The position numbers were made by a program, and so were the translations under genes. This document shows positions 1-8,838 of a stretch of 64,000 nucleotides of DNA, piece after piece. Within the stretch, counting starts at the first letter, position 1, and the number at the start of each line of letters is the position of its first letter. Under the pieces are notes generated by a model. It did no database searches. It was not told the origin of the DNA and saw only the letters and a program-made list of their open reading frames with translations. The stretch comes from a virus (taxonomy: Duplodnaviria > Caudoviricetes). The DNA is taken from the IMG/VR virus record IMGVR_UViG_3300001485_000138, positions 1-64,000 of that record; one strand, given 5' to 3'.

Positions 1-1
1 T

Positions 2-154
2 ATGACAGCAAAAGAACAAGCAATCCTTGATATTAAAGAGGATTTGAAAGACCAAGGAAAATCCTTCCTCGCTTTCCATCAAGAACTGAACAAGCCAATA
101 GGCAAACTTCTAAAGCAACATCTCTATGCACAAAACAAACTTACCAGAAAGTAA
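2..154 (+). CDS. small hypothetical protein (50 aa, MTAKEQAILDIKEDL...)
   Basis: ATG at 2 to TAA at 152-154, translated by hand; below the ORF-track cutoff. Confidence 0.5.
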   Translation: MTAKEQAILDIKEDLKDQGKSFLAFHQELNKPIGKLLKQHLYAQNKLTRK

Positions 155-308
155 ACACCATATAGTTTTTTATTGTTTAATAAATGTTAGTACTTAAAAG
201 TCTCTCTAAACAATTTCAAACGTTGCTCATGGTATTAATTTTAAATTAAAAGGTTAATTTAAAGAGAGATTATAGTCCTTCAGTCTGAGAAGATAGAAGG
301 ACTTCCAT

Positions 309-382
309 GCTCCGATAGCTCAACTGCATAGAGCAACGGCCTTCTAAGCCGTAGGTTGCGGGTTGGAGTCCCGCTCGGAGTA
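309..382 (+). tRNA. tRNA-Arg (anticodon TCT/UCU), CCA not encoded
   Basis: Acceptor GCTCCGA/TCGGAGT; D arm GCTC..GAGC; anticodon stem ACGGC/GCCGT with loop CT-TCT-AA (343-345); T arm GCGGG-TTGGAGT-CCCGC; discriminator A382. Confidence 0.95.
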
Positions 383-408
383 CTATAACAACTAAAACAA
401 TCATCATT

Positions 409-618
409 ATGAAACTTGTATTAAAAGCAATCACATTCTACCTCCTCCTCTTTTCTTGGATAATTTTTTTATGTGGAGGAGCTGAAAGTCTCATTATGAA
501 AGACTACATATTCCCTACTATCCTCTGGCTCTCATGCAATATTCTTGTCACATTCGTTTGTGAAAGAATGCTTACATACAGGGAACTATGTAAGATAACA
601 GGTAATAAATACATTTAA
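409..618 (+). CDS. small membrane protein (69 aa)
   Basis: ORF track; two hydrophobic segments. Confidence 0.65.
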   Translation: MKLVLKAITFYLLLFSWIIFLCGGAESLIMKDYIFPTILWLSCNILVTFVCERMLTYRELCKITGNKYI

Positions 619-666
619 AGTTAAAGTCATATTAAATAGATTACTATAAGCAAAGTATACCATTTA

Positions 667-806
667 GGAGGTAACATAAGGATGTATATTGGTCACATTG
701 AAAAATTAAGGTGCAAGTCCTTGGTGCTGGGCATTAAGTTGACAGTACCTCAAGGTAGGATAGATGCCTGACTAATATGGTAGTTCGATTCTACTTACCT
801 CCACCA
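667..806 (+). ncRNA. 140-nt tRNA-like structured RNA with encoded CCA and an expanded domain in place of the anticodon arm
   Basis: GGAGGTA(667-673)/TACCTCC(796-802)+A+CCA; T arm GGTAG-TTCGATT-CTACT (779-795); D-like hairpin ACAT-AAGG-ATGT (674-685); 10-bp stem 686-695/769-778. Confidence 0.8.
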
Positions 807-834
807 ATTATTAACAACTAAAAACAAAAGAATC

Positions 835-1050
835 ATGAACGAACATAATTTTGATTTTCTACAAAATCCTAATAAGATTGCAATCGCTAAAGATATTGAA
901 AAGAAATATTGGAATTATTATTTTAATTGTTATGATTTTTCAACAGAAGATATTGATTTTCAACTTAGAATTATATATCAAAGTGGAGATAATGCAGTTC
1001 TTACAATGGAGGAATATTGTAGAGTAATTGATACGATTGAAAATAAGTAA
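835..1050 (+). CDS. hypothetical protein (71 aa)
   Basis: ORF track; A-rich leader typical of Bacteroidota. Confidence 0.65.
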   Translation: MNEHNFDFLQNPNKIAIAKDIEKKYWNYYFNCYDFSTEDIDFQLRIIYQSGDNAVLTMEEYCRVIDTIENK

Positions 1051-1076
1051 TTTAATAAAGAACAAATCGAAAAACT

Positions 1077-1223
1077 ATGACACAAGAAGATAAAGAACTC
1101 CTTTTACATCTTCTTAAAAAGGCTGATGAAGATGGATTATTGAACATATACGACCAAGAAGAGAATCATTATGCAGTAGATTGGATGTTTCTTGATAGTG
1201 AGTTGGTTATAAAAATAAAATAA
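1077..1223 (+). CDS. hypothetical protein (48 aa, MTQEDKELLLHLLKK...)
   Basis: Hand-translated; first 30 nt identical to the start of the next gene. Confidence 0.6.
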   Translation: MTQEDKELLLHLLKKADEDGLLNIYDQEENHYAVDWMFLDSELVIKIK

Positions 1224-1232
1224 AATAGTAAA

Positions 1233-1679
1233 ATGACACAAGAAGATAAAGAACTCCTTTTAAAGGATTTGTGTGCAAGGTTGCCACACCATGTATATGT
1301 AAAGGTTTGGCTTAAAGATAAGACAACAGAAGAAGGCGTGTTGGATTTAGAGCATAACTATGGTGATGTTTTAAGGGACGCATTCTATTATAATAAAATA
1401 ATTGACATTAAGCCGTATCTCAGACCTCTATCATCAATGACTGACGAAGAATTTGTTTATTTTATGGGTATTCATGGTATGAATCTAAAGTCATTTGAAA
1501 TTCAAAAAATGATGTCTGAAAATTTCAATCATCTTAATAGTGTTGCTATAGTAAATACATTGGGCAGATATTCTCATAACATAGATTGGTTAAACAAGAA
1601 TATGTTTGACTATAGAAGTCTTATTGAGAAAGGCTTGGCTATTGCTGTAACACAAGAGAACAATCCTTATGAAAATTAG
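1233..1679 (+). CDS. hypothetical phage protein (PYLRPLSSMT-type family)
   Basis: ORF track; motif style common among Bacteroidota phage accessory genes (recalled). Confidence 0.75.
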   Translation: MTQEDKELLLKDLCARLPHHVYVKVWLKDKTTEEGVLDLEHNYGDVLRDAFYYNKIIDIKPYLRPLSSMTDEEFVYFMGIHGMNLKSFEIQKMMSENFNHLNSVAIVNTLGRYSHNIDWLNKNMFDYRSLIEKGLAIAVTQENNPYEN

Positions 1680-1893
1680 AATTGGATTTAGTACAAATGG
1701 TAACATATATGCAGATTTGGAGAAAGTCAAAGCCTGTAATATTTGTACACATTTTAGAGGTTACGGACTTCATGCTTGTATTGGGCATTGTCTTAAACTT
1801 GATAAAGATATAGACGGAGGTTACATTGGAAATTATAACAAGGTAGCAAAAAAGTGTAATGATTTTAATGTTAAACCAGAACTAATAAATTAA
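1669..1893 (+). CDS. small Cys-rich hypothetical protein
   Basis: CNIC...CIGHC...C pattern; overlaps the previous stop. Confidence 0.65.
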   Translation: MKIRIGFSTNGNIYADLEKVKACNICTHFRGYGLHACIGHCLKLDKDIDGGYIGNYNKVAKKCNDFNVKPELIN

Positions 1894-1908
1894 AAAAGAT
1901 AAATAATT

Positions 1909-2184
1909 ATGAAACTGATAGATAAAGCTGTTATTGTAGCGGAGATAGAACGATTGAAGACTATTTATAATGATGATGAAAACATTCATCATATCGCAAG
2001 ATATAATATTCTTGTTGACATTCTTTCTTTTCTTAACACTCTTGAAGTGAAAGAAGTGGATTTAGATAAAGAGATAAACAATGTAGGTATGGCTATGACA
2101 AATCATAACCCATCGTGGAAGGAAGTAGAATGTTTTGCCAAGCATTTCTTTGAACTTGGATTAAAAGCACAGAGAGGAGAATAA
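1909..2184 (+). CDS. hypothetical protein (91 aa)
   Basis: ORF track; tightly packed array. Confidence 0.7.
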   Translation: MKLIDKAVIVAEIERLKTIYNDDENIHHIARYNILVDILSFLNTLEVKEVDLDKEINNVGMAMTNHNPSWKEVECFAKHFFELGLKAQRGE

Positions 2185-2185
2185 T

Positions 2186-2434
2186 ATGGAAGCACCAGAG
2201 AAAATTTATTTTTCTTCAACTGAAGATGGTCTTCATTATTATACAGAAGAAATTCCCTTTGAACGAGAATATATTGAATACATCCGCACTGATGCCTTTA
2301 TTGAGAAGGCTTGTGAACTTCTTGCAAGAATGGTATGGGAAGTAACCTATGAAGACCTTGAAGGTAATTCTGCTCAGCATTATGATAAAATGGAGTTTAT
2401 TGAAGATTTCAAAAATTACATGAAAGAAGAATAG
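2186..2434 (+). CDS. hypothetical protein (82 aa)
   Basis: ORF track; tightly packed array. Confidence 0.7.
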   Translation: MEAPEKIYFSSTEDGLHYYTEEIPFEREYIEYIRTDAFIEKACELLARMVWEVTYEDLEGNSAQHYDKMEFIEDFKNYMKEE

Positions 2435-2435
2435 T

Positions 2436-2825
2436 ATGGTAAGCAAAGAACTTGAAGATGCTGCAAAGTCTTATTCTATTGAAATGTATAGGACTACACG
2501 CAATGAATTGCTTGCAGAAAAATGCAAGTGGGCATTTATAAGTGGTGCAAGGTTTGAGCAGCGACAAGAGGCTGTACCAAGCAAAGAATTAGCCGATGAA
2601 ATAGATGTTCTAAGCAAGCGTTATCCCGAAATATCATTTGCAAAACTATCTCGCATTGCTGTAAGAATTGCTAAATGGCAAAAAGGACAAGATGAGCTTA
2701 CAGCATCCGACAAGGGTATGGCTGACGAAATAATAATTCACCTTAAAAGAATCGAAGAAGAATACCGATTGAATTTAACTAAGGAAATACAATGGCTAAG
2801 AAACATAACAACGAAAGGAGAATAG
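2436..2825 (+). CDS. hypothetical protein (129 aa)
   Basis: ORF track. Confidence 0.7.
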   Translation: MVSKELEDAAKSYSIEMYRTTRNELLAEKCKWAFISGARFEQRQEAVPSKELADEIDVLSKRYPEISFAKLSRIAVRIAKWQKGQDELTASDKGMADEIIIHLKRIEEEYRLNLTKEIQWLRNITTKGE

Positions 2826-2827
2826 CA

Positions 2828-3202
2828 ATGATGCGAGAAGCATATTGTTCTTTTGAAGTATCTAAGTTACTCAAAGAAAAAGGATTTGGTTGGGAATGTT
2901 GTGGGAGATATTCAGTTCGTTCTAAGGAATTTCATTTGGATTGCACAAGGAGATGTAACAATAGTGGATTATTTGAATACGCCGCTCCAACTCATCAAAT
3001 GGCTATGGCATGGTTGAGGGAAGTACATAATTTACATATTGAAATTGCTAGAGGCCCTAAAGGTTATCATATTATGATAGAAATAATTCCTCTTGGTGTT
3101 GTTAAATATATTACAAGAGAAATTGTTGGAACTAATTATGTCGATTCTTATGAAGAAGCTATTGAAGCAGCATTAAAGTTTATACTTAAAAATTTAATAT
3201 AG
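2828..3202 (+). CDS. hypothetical phage protein (EAYCSFEVSKLLKEKGF family)
   Basis: Track ORF 2792..3202; ATG at 2828 just after the upstream stop is the likelier start. Confidence 0.75.
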   Translation: MMREAYCSFEVSKLLKEKGFGWECCGRYSVRSKEFHLDCTRRCNNSGLFEYAAPTHQMAMAWLREVHNLHIEIARGPKGYHIMIEIIPLGVVKYITREIVGTNYVDSYEEAIEAALKFILKNLI

Positions 3203-3204
3203 TT

Positions 3205-3567
3205 ATGAAATCTTATACTGATATAAATCAAAGTAAACTTTTGGCAGAAATACTGCCACTTGAAAGTGCAGATATGGGTTATTTATGGAATGGAACATCT
3301 TTTTGTGAATATCCAGTAAGTAATCAAACCATTTTCAATAGAGTAGAAAATATTCCATGCTGGTCATTAGCAGCGTTGCTTGATATACTTAGCGAAAAGT
3401 CGCATTCAATCAATGAAGATGGTGCTGTATGTTTAGATTCCTATAAAGGTATCGAATGGGATTTGTTAATGGAAAATACAAATTTAGGCTGGGTTACAAA
3501 AAAATCGAACCCTATTGATGCTTGTTATGAAATGATTATTAGATTACATGAACAAAACCTTTTGTGA
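3205..3567 (+). CDS. hypothetical phage protein (KSYTDINQSK...PCWSLAALL family)
   Basis: ORF track. Confidence 0.75.
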   Translation: MKSYTDINQSKLLAEILPLESADMGYLWNGTSFCEYPVSNQTIFNRVENIPCWSLAALLDILSEKSHSINEDGAVCLDSYKGIEWDLLMENTNLGWVTKKSNPIDACYEMIIRLHEQNLL

Positions 3568-3569
3568 TT

Positions 3570-3713
3570 ATGGATACAGATTTTTTAATTCTAATTATAT
3601 TAGCAGGCATAGCAGCATGTTTAGTATATATAGGATGTGCTATTACTTCAATAGCAAATACATTATGGGATATTTTACAAGAACTTAAAAACAAAGAAAA
3701 TACACGAACTTAA
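3570..3713 (+). CDS. small single-TM protein (47 aa)
   Basis: Hand-translated; fills the gap; hydrophobic N-half. Confidence 0.55.
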   Translation: MDTDFLILIILAGIAACLVYIGCAITSIANTLWDILQELKNKENTRT

Positions 3714-3719
3714 AATGTT

Positions 3720-3953
3720 GTGATTATGGACGATATAGATAATAGTGGAAGATATAAGATAGAAGTTAGTGGTTTTGACCTCAAAATAATTCTTGAATCT
3801 CTAAATGCTGAAAGAGAGAAAAGATTATCTAAAACACCTTGGGAAAATAGAAACTCGAATGGTTATCCACCACTTTTTTCTTATGACTATAAAGCAAAAT
3901 CAGTGCGTCAAGTAGATAGTGTACTCAGTTATATTAAAAACCAAATTAAATAA
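3720..3953 (+). CDS. hypothetical protein (77 aa)
   Basis: ORF track. Confidence 0.6.
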   Translation: MIMDDIDNSGRYKIEVSGFDLKIILESLNAEREKRLSKTPWENRNSNGYPPLFSYDYKAKSVRQVDSVLSYIKNQIK

Positions 3954-3955
3954 TT

Positions 3956-4105
3956 ATGAAAGAAGAAGAGTTAAAAGTTAAAATGCAAGAAGGACTTGCA
4001 AAAATCAAACCCAAAGTTACTGAAATGACAAACATTATTATAGATGCATATCAAGAAGGATTCAGTACTTGTTTTGAGTTGCTAACAGGACAAAAGTTTA
4101 AGTGA
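3956..4105 (+). CDS. hypothetical protein (49 aa)
   Basis: Hand-translated; fills the gap exactly. Confidence 0.55.
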   Translation: MKEEELKVKMQEGLAKIKPKVTEMTNIIIDAYQEGFSTCFELLTGQKFK

Positions 4106-4107
4106 TT

Positions 4108-5451
4108 ATGAAAGAACCAAATATAGAGCAAAAAGCAAAAGCCTATGACGAGGCAATAAAAGTAATTAAGGATAATTTGGATGCCCTTAATGAAATTACC
4201 GAAACAGGGGCAGAGGTTGTAAATATTCAATCTATTAAAAATTGTTTTTACAGAGCATTCCCCGAACTCAAAGAGTCAGAGGACGAGAGGATAAGGAAAG
4301 AAATCATTTATCATATTCAAAATTGTGATGATACAATAGATGAGGAAACAGAGAAAAGAATGATTGCTTGGCTTGAAAAGCAAGGAGGTAATCTTGTTGA
4401 AAATGGTTATACAAACAACAAAGATTATATTAAATATGCCGACAACTATTCGCATGAAATTTGGCATAAATTAATGGATAACTTTAAAAATATTAAAGAT
4501 TATCACATAGGTTGCAATGATGTTTCAGATATTGTTCTTAATGCTATTATAGATACATGCAACTGGCTTGAAAAGCAAAGTGAGCAGAAACCTACTGATA
4601 AGGTTGAGCCAAAGTTCCATCCAGGTGATTGGGTTGTAGATATGTGCGGTTATGTCTGGAAAGTAATAAGAATAATAAATCAATGTTATCTCTTAAAAGA
4701 TACTGATGGAAGTGAATCACTCCCTACAATAGAATGGGTTAGTAAGACCTACCATCTTTGGACTACCAAAGATGCAAAGGATGGTGATGTGATTTCTTGG
4801 GATGATAGCAAATGTATCGCTTTATTCAAAAACATCTACGATAAAGATTCTTTTAATAGTTATGGATTTGTAGGACATTGTACAGGCACATTTGAAGCAA
4901 GACACGGTTATCACGACATAGAAGGTGCTCATCCTGCTACTAAAGAACAGCGTGATACTCTGATGAAAGCGATAACTGATGCAGGCTTCACTTTTGACTT
5001 TGAAAAGAAAGAATTAAAGAAGATTGAAGATGAAATAGAAATCCCTTTTGCTGCTAAGGATAGTGAATTGCAGGAAGCCACTTACTATATTCCTAAAGGT
5101 TTTCATGCAGAAATAGATGATGATAAAGTAGTCATTAAAAAAGGTGAAAAACCTACTACTAAGAGAGAAGAGGAAGAAAGAATGTTAAACTTGATAATTG
5201 CTGTCTTTGAGGTTAATCATCCAAATGAATATTTCAAAGCAAATGAGTTAAACGACCCTAATATGAGGGCTGTTTACACCGAAGAAATAGTCGCTTGGCT
5301 TAAATCCCTCAAACAAAGAATAGGGTGGAAACCAAGTAAAGAACAAATAGACGCTTTAGATTCAACTCTTCAATATAGTCAAGTATCACACAATTCACTT
5401 GAGCACCTTAATTCACTATATAATGATTTAATGAAACTAAAAGAAGAATAA
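4108..5451 (+). CDS. mosaic hypothetical protein (about 447 aa) with repeated WLEKQ/WLKSL modules
   Basis: Track ORF 4102..5451; internal quasi-repeats IAWLEKQG, CNWLEKQS, VAWLKSLK. Confidence 0.8.
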   Translation: MKEPNIEQKAKAYDEAIKVIKDNLDALNEITETGAEVVNIQSIKNCFYRAFPELKESEDERIRKEIIYHIQNCDDTIDEETEKRMIAWLEKQGGNLVENGYTNNKDYIKYADNYSHEIWHKLMDNFKNIKDYHIGCNDVSDIVLNAIIDTCNWLEKQSEQKPTDKVEPKFHPGDWVVDMCGYVWKVIRIINQCYLLKDTDGSESLPTIEWVSKTYHLWTTKDAKDGDVISWDDSKCIALFKNIYDKDSFNSYGFVGHCTGTFEARHGYHDIEGAHPATKEQRDTLMKAITDAGFTFDFEKKELKKIEDEIEIPFAAKDSELQEATYYIPKGFHAEIDDDKVVIKKGEKPTTKREEEERMLNLIIAVFEVNHPNEYFKANELNDPNMRAVYTEEIVAWLKSLKQRIGWKPSKEQIDALDSTLQYSQVSHNSLEHLNSLYNDLMKLKEE

Positions 5452-5454
5452 ATT

Positions 5455-5943
5455 ATGGAAACAAAAGAACTAAAGATTTCAGTACCAGAAGGCTATGTGA
5501 TAGACAAAGAGAACTCTACGTTTGAGTGCATTAAGTTCAAGAAAATTGAACAAAAGAGGTGGAGAGATAATAAAGAGGCTAATATAGTAGGATATTATAT
5601 CAATCTTGATAGCAAGATTGTGCAAATAGAAAAAGACGGTGATTATAAGAATATAAAATCTAATCATGATGTTTTTGCGGCAGAAAAGCAAGCCAAATCT
5701 GCATTGGCTATGGCTCAAATAAGTCAGATAATGGCTAACGACAAAAGGTTTGGAGGTGTTGTTACCGATGAAGAGTGGAATAGTGATGATTGGAAATATA
5801 TTATTGACCGTAAATATAATGATGTATGTATTAACCGTTGCATAAGTAGTTATTATTTTATGGCTTTTCATACAGAAATACAAAGGAATTTATTTTTGAA
5901 AGAGAATGAAGACCTAATAAAAGATTATTTAATGCTTGATTGA
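5455..5943 (+). CDS. hypothetical phage protein (162 aa)
   Basis: ORF track. Confidence 0.75.
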   Translation: METKELKISVPEGYVIDKENSTFECIKFKKIEQKRWRDNKEANIVGYYINLDSKIVQIEKDGDYKNIKSNHDVFAAEKQAKSALAMAQISQIMANDKRFGGVVTDEEWNSDDWKYIIDRKYNDVCINRCISSYYFMAFHTEIQRNLFLKENEDLIKDYLMLD

Positions 5944-6052
5944 TAATGACCAATAGACCAATAGAAGAACTAAGGGCAAACACAACTAATGATTGTCATG
6001 CTTGTGTTAAAGACAGCAAAAATTGTTGTGTTTGTGTATGGAGGAAGTGATT

Positions 6053-6409
6053 ATGACAGTAGAAGAAATAGATAAGGCTTGTGAACTTTGTATGCAAGAG
6101 GATTGCATTGGATGTGAGTTTCAAGATGTTCATTTCCGCGATGTTAGTGATATGAAAAATCTTAATAAATTAAGTATTACTAATAATAAAATAGAAAAAT
6201 CAATAACTAAAGACGAAGCACTAAAGGTATCAGCAAACATGCTAAACAAACTATATCATTCTGATAATGTTGATAGTGATGCAGTAAACCTACAAGCACT
6301 TCTGCTTACAGCCGAAGCAAATAAAGACTATGGTAAGATGTATTCAATGTTAGAGGAACTACGAAAATTAATTGTAAAATTGCAATTAGCATTAAAACAA
6401 AAGGAATAA
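6053..6409 (+). CDS. hypothetical protein with N-terminal CxxC-x4-CxxC and C-terminal coiled coil
   Basis: Track ORF 6023..6409; ATG at 6053 preferred. Confidence 0.65.
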   Translation: MTVEEIDKACELCMQEDCIGCEFQDVHFRDVSDMKNLNKLSITNNKIEKSITKDEALKVSANMLNKLYHSDNVDSDAVNLQALLLTAEANKDYGKMYSMLEELRKLIVKLQLALKQKE

Positions 6410-6410
6410 T

Positions 6411-6833
6411 ATGTGTTGGATGTGTTCAAAAGCAGAGAAAAAAATTGCCGAAGAAGACATTAAAGTCTTTAAGATAGGCAAAGGATATGAAGATATATTT
6501 GAAAGTCTGTATGTAGATTTTAAGTATCAACTTAATCAATTATATACTTCTTGTATAGATGTGAAGTTCCAAACTCATAGTAATAATTTTATAGGCTCAC
6601 AAGGCTTTCATTCTTATGACCCATCCATAGTTCATTTAAAGATTTCTGAAAATGGAATAATACAATGGGCGGTGTATGCAGGAAAAAGAAGATTGGATTG
6701 CGATACTCATATTGGTGATTGTGTCAAAGCCGAATGTGTTATTCCCAAAGGAAGTATGTATTATAAAAATGACATGGGGGAGATAATATCAAACCAAATA
6801 ATAATCAAAAATATTGAACCACTATGGAATTAA
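6411..6833 (+). CDS. hypothetical phage protein (C-terminal IPKGS-YY motif)
   Basis: ORF track. Confidence 0.75.
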   Translation: MCWMCSKAEKKIAEEDIKVFKIGKGYEDIFESLYVDFKYQLNQLYTSCIDVKFQTHSNNFIGSQGFHSYDPSIVHLKISENGIIQWAVYAGKRRLDCDTHIGDCVKAECVIPKGSMYYKNDMGEIISNQIIIKNIEPLWN

Positions 6834-7087
6834 AAGACTATACAACAGATGAATTGCACGAAGAACTAAAGCGTAGAATTGCTGTTGCTAGAGAGCAAAA
6901 AGCAAAAGAGCGAGAACAAAAGCCTATATGTGATAATTGCAAACATTGCATCATCCAAAAACAAGGTGGTGTTACTTTCTATTATTGTGGTGCAAAAACT
7001 TATACACTGAAAGATAGAGGTGTTACAAGAAATTATGTAGTCAATAAGGGTAGTATGTGTAAGTTTAATCTATTTGAACGTAAATAA
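6824..7087 (+). CDS. hypothetical protein with putative Zn-binding Cys cluster
   Basis: CDNCKHC...YYC...C. Confidence 0.7.
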   Translation: MELKDYTTDELHEELKRRIAVAREQKAKEREQKPICDNCKHCIIQKQGGVTFYYCGAKTYTLKDRGVTRNYVVNKGSMCKFNLFERK

Positions 7088-7428
7088 TGATACAAATAAC
7101 TTTTAAGACATTAAAGCGTAAAGTAAAGAACTTTTTACATTTGCCTGTAACAAGAGTAGAAGTTCTTGAATATGCTAAAGAATTGCAAAGTACTTGTCAG
7201 TACCCAGGACTTTGTTCGTTATTAAATGACGCTCTTGAACATTATAACATTCGGCCAGTTGCTCCTACTGTCTTTCCAAAATTCACCAAAGACTATGCAA
7301 GACGTTTTGGAGCATCATACCATGGATATTGGTGGGAACCTTGTCTATGGGACACTGGTAGGCTTGATTTCCTATATTGGCTAATAAATGAGTATAAAGA
7401 CGATAAAACTAATATACGAAAATTATGA
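7087..7428 (+). CDS. hypothetical protein (113 aa)
   Basis: ORF track; TAATG coupling. Confidence 0.7.
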   Translation: MIQITFKTLKRKVKNFLHLPVTRVEVLEYAKELQSTCQYPGLCSLLNDALEHYNIRPVAPTVFPKFTKDYARRFGASYHGYWWEPCLWDTGRLDFLYWLINEYKDDKTNIRKL

Positions 7429-7664
7429 ATATAGTATTAGGTATATTGTCAATTTTAGTTTATGCAGGTTTTGTTATATTTACTCTAAAAAATAGAGTAA
7501 AACTTGTAGGAATTTTTGGTATAACTTTGGGCATACTTCTTACGATTGGTTATTATTACAAAGAGATTAAACCTATAGATGTCTATCGTGGTAATACAAC
7601 TCTTGAAATAACATATAAAGATGGAGTTGCTGTAGATAGTGTAGTAGTTTGGAAAAATAAATAA
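7425..7664 (+). CDS. small membrane protein (79 aa)
   Basis: Two TM-like segments; ATGA overlap. Confidence 0.7.
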   Translation: MNIVLGILSILVYAGFVIFTLKNRVKLVGIFGITLGILLTIGYYYKEIKPIDVYRGNTTLEITYKDGVAVDSVVVWKNK

Positions 7665-7666
7665 TT

Positions 7667-7846
7667 ATGAATATAGTTTTAGAAATTAATGGTATACGTC
7701 ACAAACGTGTACCTGATACAAATTCACACAGTAATCTTTGTGATAATTGTTCGTTAATAGATTTGTGTGATAATTTAGTATATGGTTTTTGTTATGATTT
7801 AGATAAAAAAGAAGGTCTAGGTAATTTTATAAAAGAAGAACAATGA
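7667..7846 (+). CDS. small Cys-rich protein (59 aa)
   Basis: Hand-translated; CDNCSLIDLC. Confidence 0.55.
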   Translation: MNIVLEINGIRHKRVPDTNSHSNLCDNCSLIDLCDNLVYGFCYDLDKKEGLGNFIKEEQ

Positions 7847-8259
7847 AGACGTTAAAATTTGATATACCTTTATACAACATTCATGTTGATTTGGTGCAAG
7901 TGGAAACCAAAGACGATAAAGATGATGTAATTAAGCTTATGCGTACTATAGAATGTGAGCAAGAGTTTATAGACGAATTTATAGATTATATTGAAAGAGG
8001 GTATTATGATGGAGGAAATACATATCGTAATTTTGATTTTAAAAGAATTCTTGTTATCTTTTATCCTATGAGTGATGAAGAGACACGCGCAGAACTCTAT
8101 GCACACGAAAAACGTCATATAGAAGATAGAGTTATGCAACATGCTTCGGTAGATGATATAGAAAGCGCAGGATTGCTTGCAGGGTATCTTGGTAAAATGT
8201 TTTATCAGTTTAATAATAAAGTAAAAAAAATAAATGAAAGCAAGAAGAAAGAACTCTAA
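7843..8259 (+). CDS. small HExxH (zincin-like) protein, paralog 1
   Basis: YAHEKRH...ESAGLLAGYL. Confidence 0.7.
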   Translation: MKTLKFDIPLYNIHVDLVQVETKDDKDDVIKLMRTIECEQEFIDEFIDYIERGYYDGGNTYRNFDFKRILVIFYPMSDEETRAELYAHEKRHIEDRVMQHASVDDIESAGLLAGYLGKMFYQFNNKVKKINESKKKEL

Positions 8260-8542
8260 TGACGAGTGGAAAGAAGTAAAGTATATCCAACTCGAAGACT
8301 CTGATATTCTTTTCAAGCGAGATTACCTGGAGTTTGACAACATAACTCCTGAACAAATTGCGGATGAAGCACATTGGCAAGATGTCAGAGAACGTGCTGC
8401 AATGGCTGCATTACAAGGTATACTTGCTAATCCAACTATTATAGATGCAGCAGATGACCATCGTCTAACTGCAGTAGAAGATGCGGTTGGCTTTGCTGAT
8501 GAACTTGTTAAACAATTAAAAGAACATAATGAAAAGAATTGA
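8234..8542 (+). CDS. hypothetical phage protein (RERAAMAALQGILAN...ADELV family)
   Basis: ORF track; widespread phage motif (recalled). Confidence 0.7.
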   Translation: MKARRKNSNDEWKEVKYIQLEDSDILFKRDYLEFDNITPEQIADEAHWQDVRERAAMAALQGILANPTIIDAADDHRLTAVEDAVGFADELVKQLKEHNEKN

Positions 8543-8687
8543 ACTACATGTATTACCTCCAACTAAGTTCTATTGGGAAATAGCAATATTACCTAATATC
8601 AACTTTGGTTATAGTTATAAAAGATTTTACATGCATTTTGCATGGTTGTTGTGGAGTATAACAATAATAATTGAAAAATCAAAGTAA
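8529..8687 (+). CDS. small hydrophobic peptide (52 aa), ends WLLWSITIIIEKSK
   Basis: Hand-translated. Confidence 0.55.
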   Translation: MKRIELHVLPPTKFYWEIAILPNINFGYSYKRFYMHFAWLLWSITIIIEKSK

Positions 8688-8688
8688 T

Positions 8689-8838
8689 ATGGAAGTAATA
8701 AAAATATATCCTCGTAAGGATAATTGGCAAATAATAATAATGCCATTAGTAGGAATTTTGACCCTAAGTGATAAAGTTGTCCTTATGATAGGGTGGCTAT
8801 GTTGGGGTATTGATATAATAATACAAAAATCGAAGTAA
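8689..8838 (+). CDS. small hydrophobic peptide (49 aa), ends WLCWGIDIIIQKSK; tandem paralog of 8529..8687
   Basis: Hand-translated. Confidence 0.55.
   Translation: MEVIKIYPRKDNWQIIIMPLVGILTLSDKVVLMIGWLCWGIDIIIQKSK

Noticed and set aside
667-806. Calling the 140-nt RNA a tmRNA or tRNA-Sec/opal suppressor
   Set aside because: No G3.U70 pair, far too short, and the only candidate tag (GCA AGT CCT TGG...TGA) has a poor resume context. The TCA lies in a 4-nt loop without anticodon-loop geometry.
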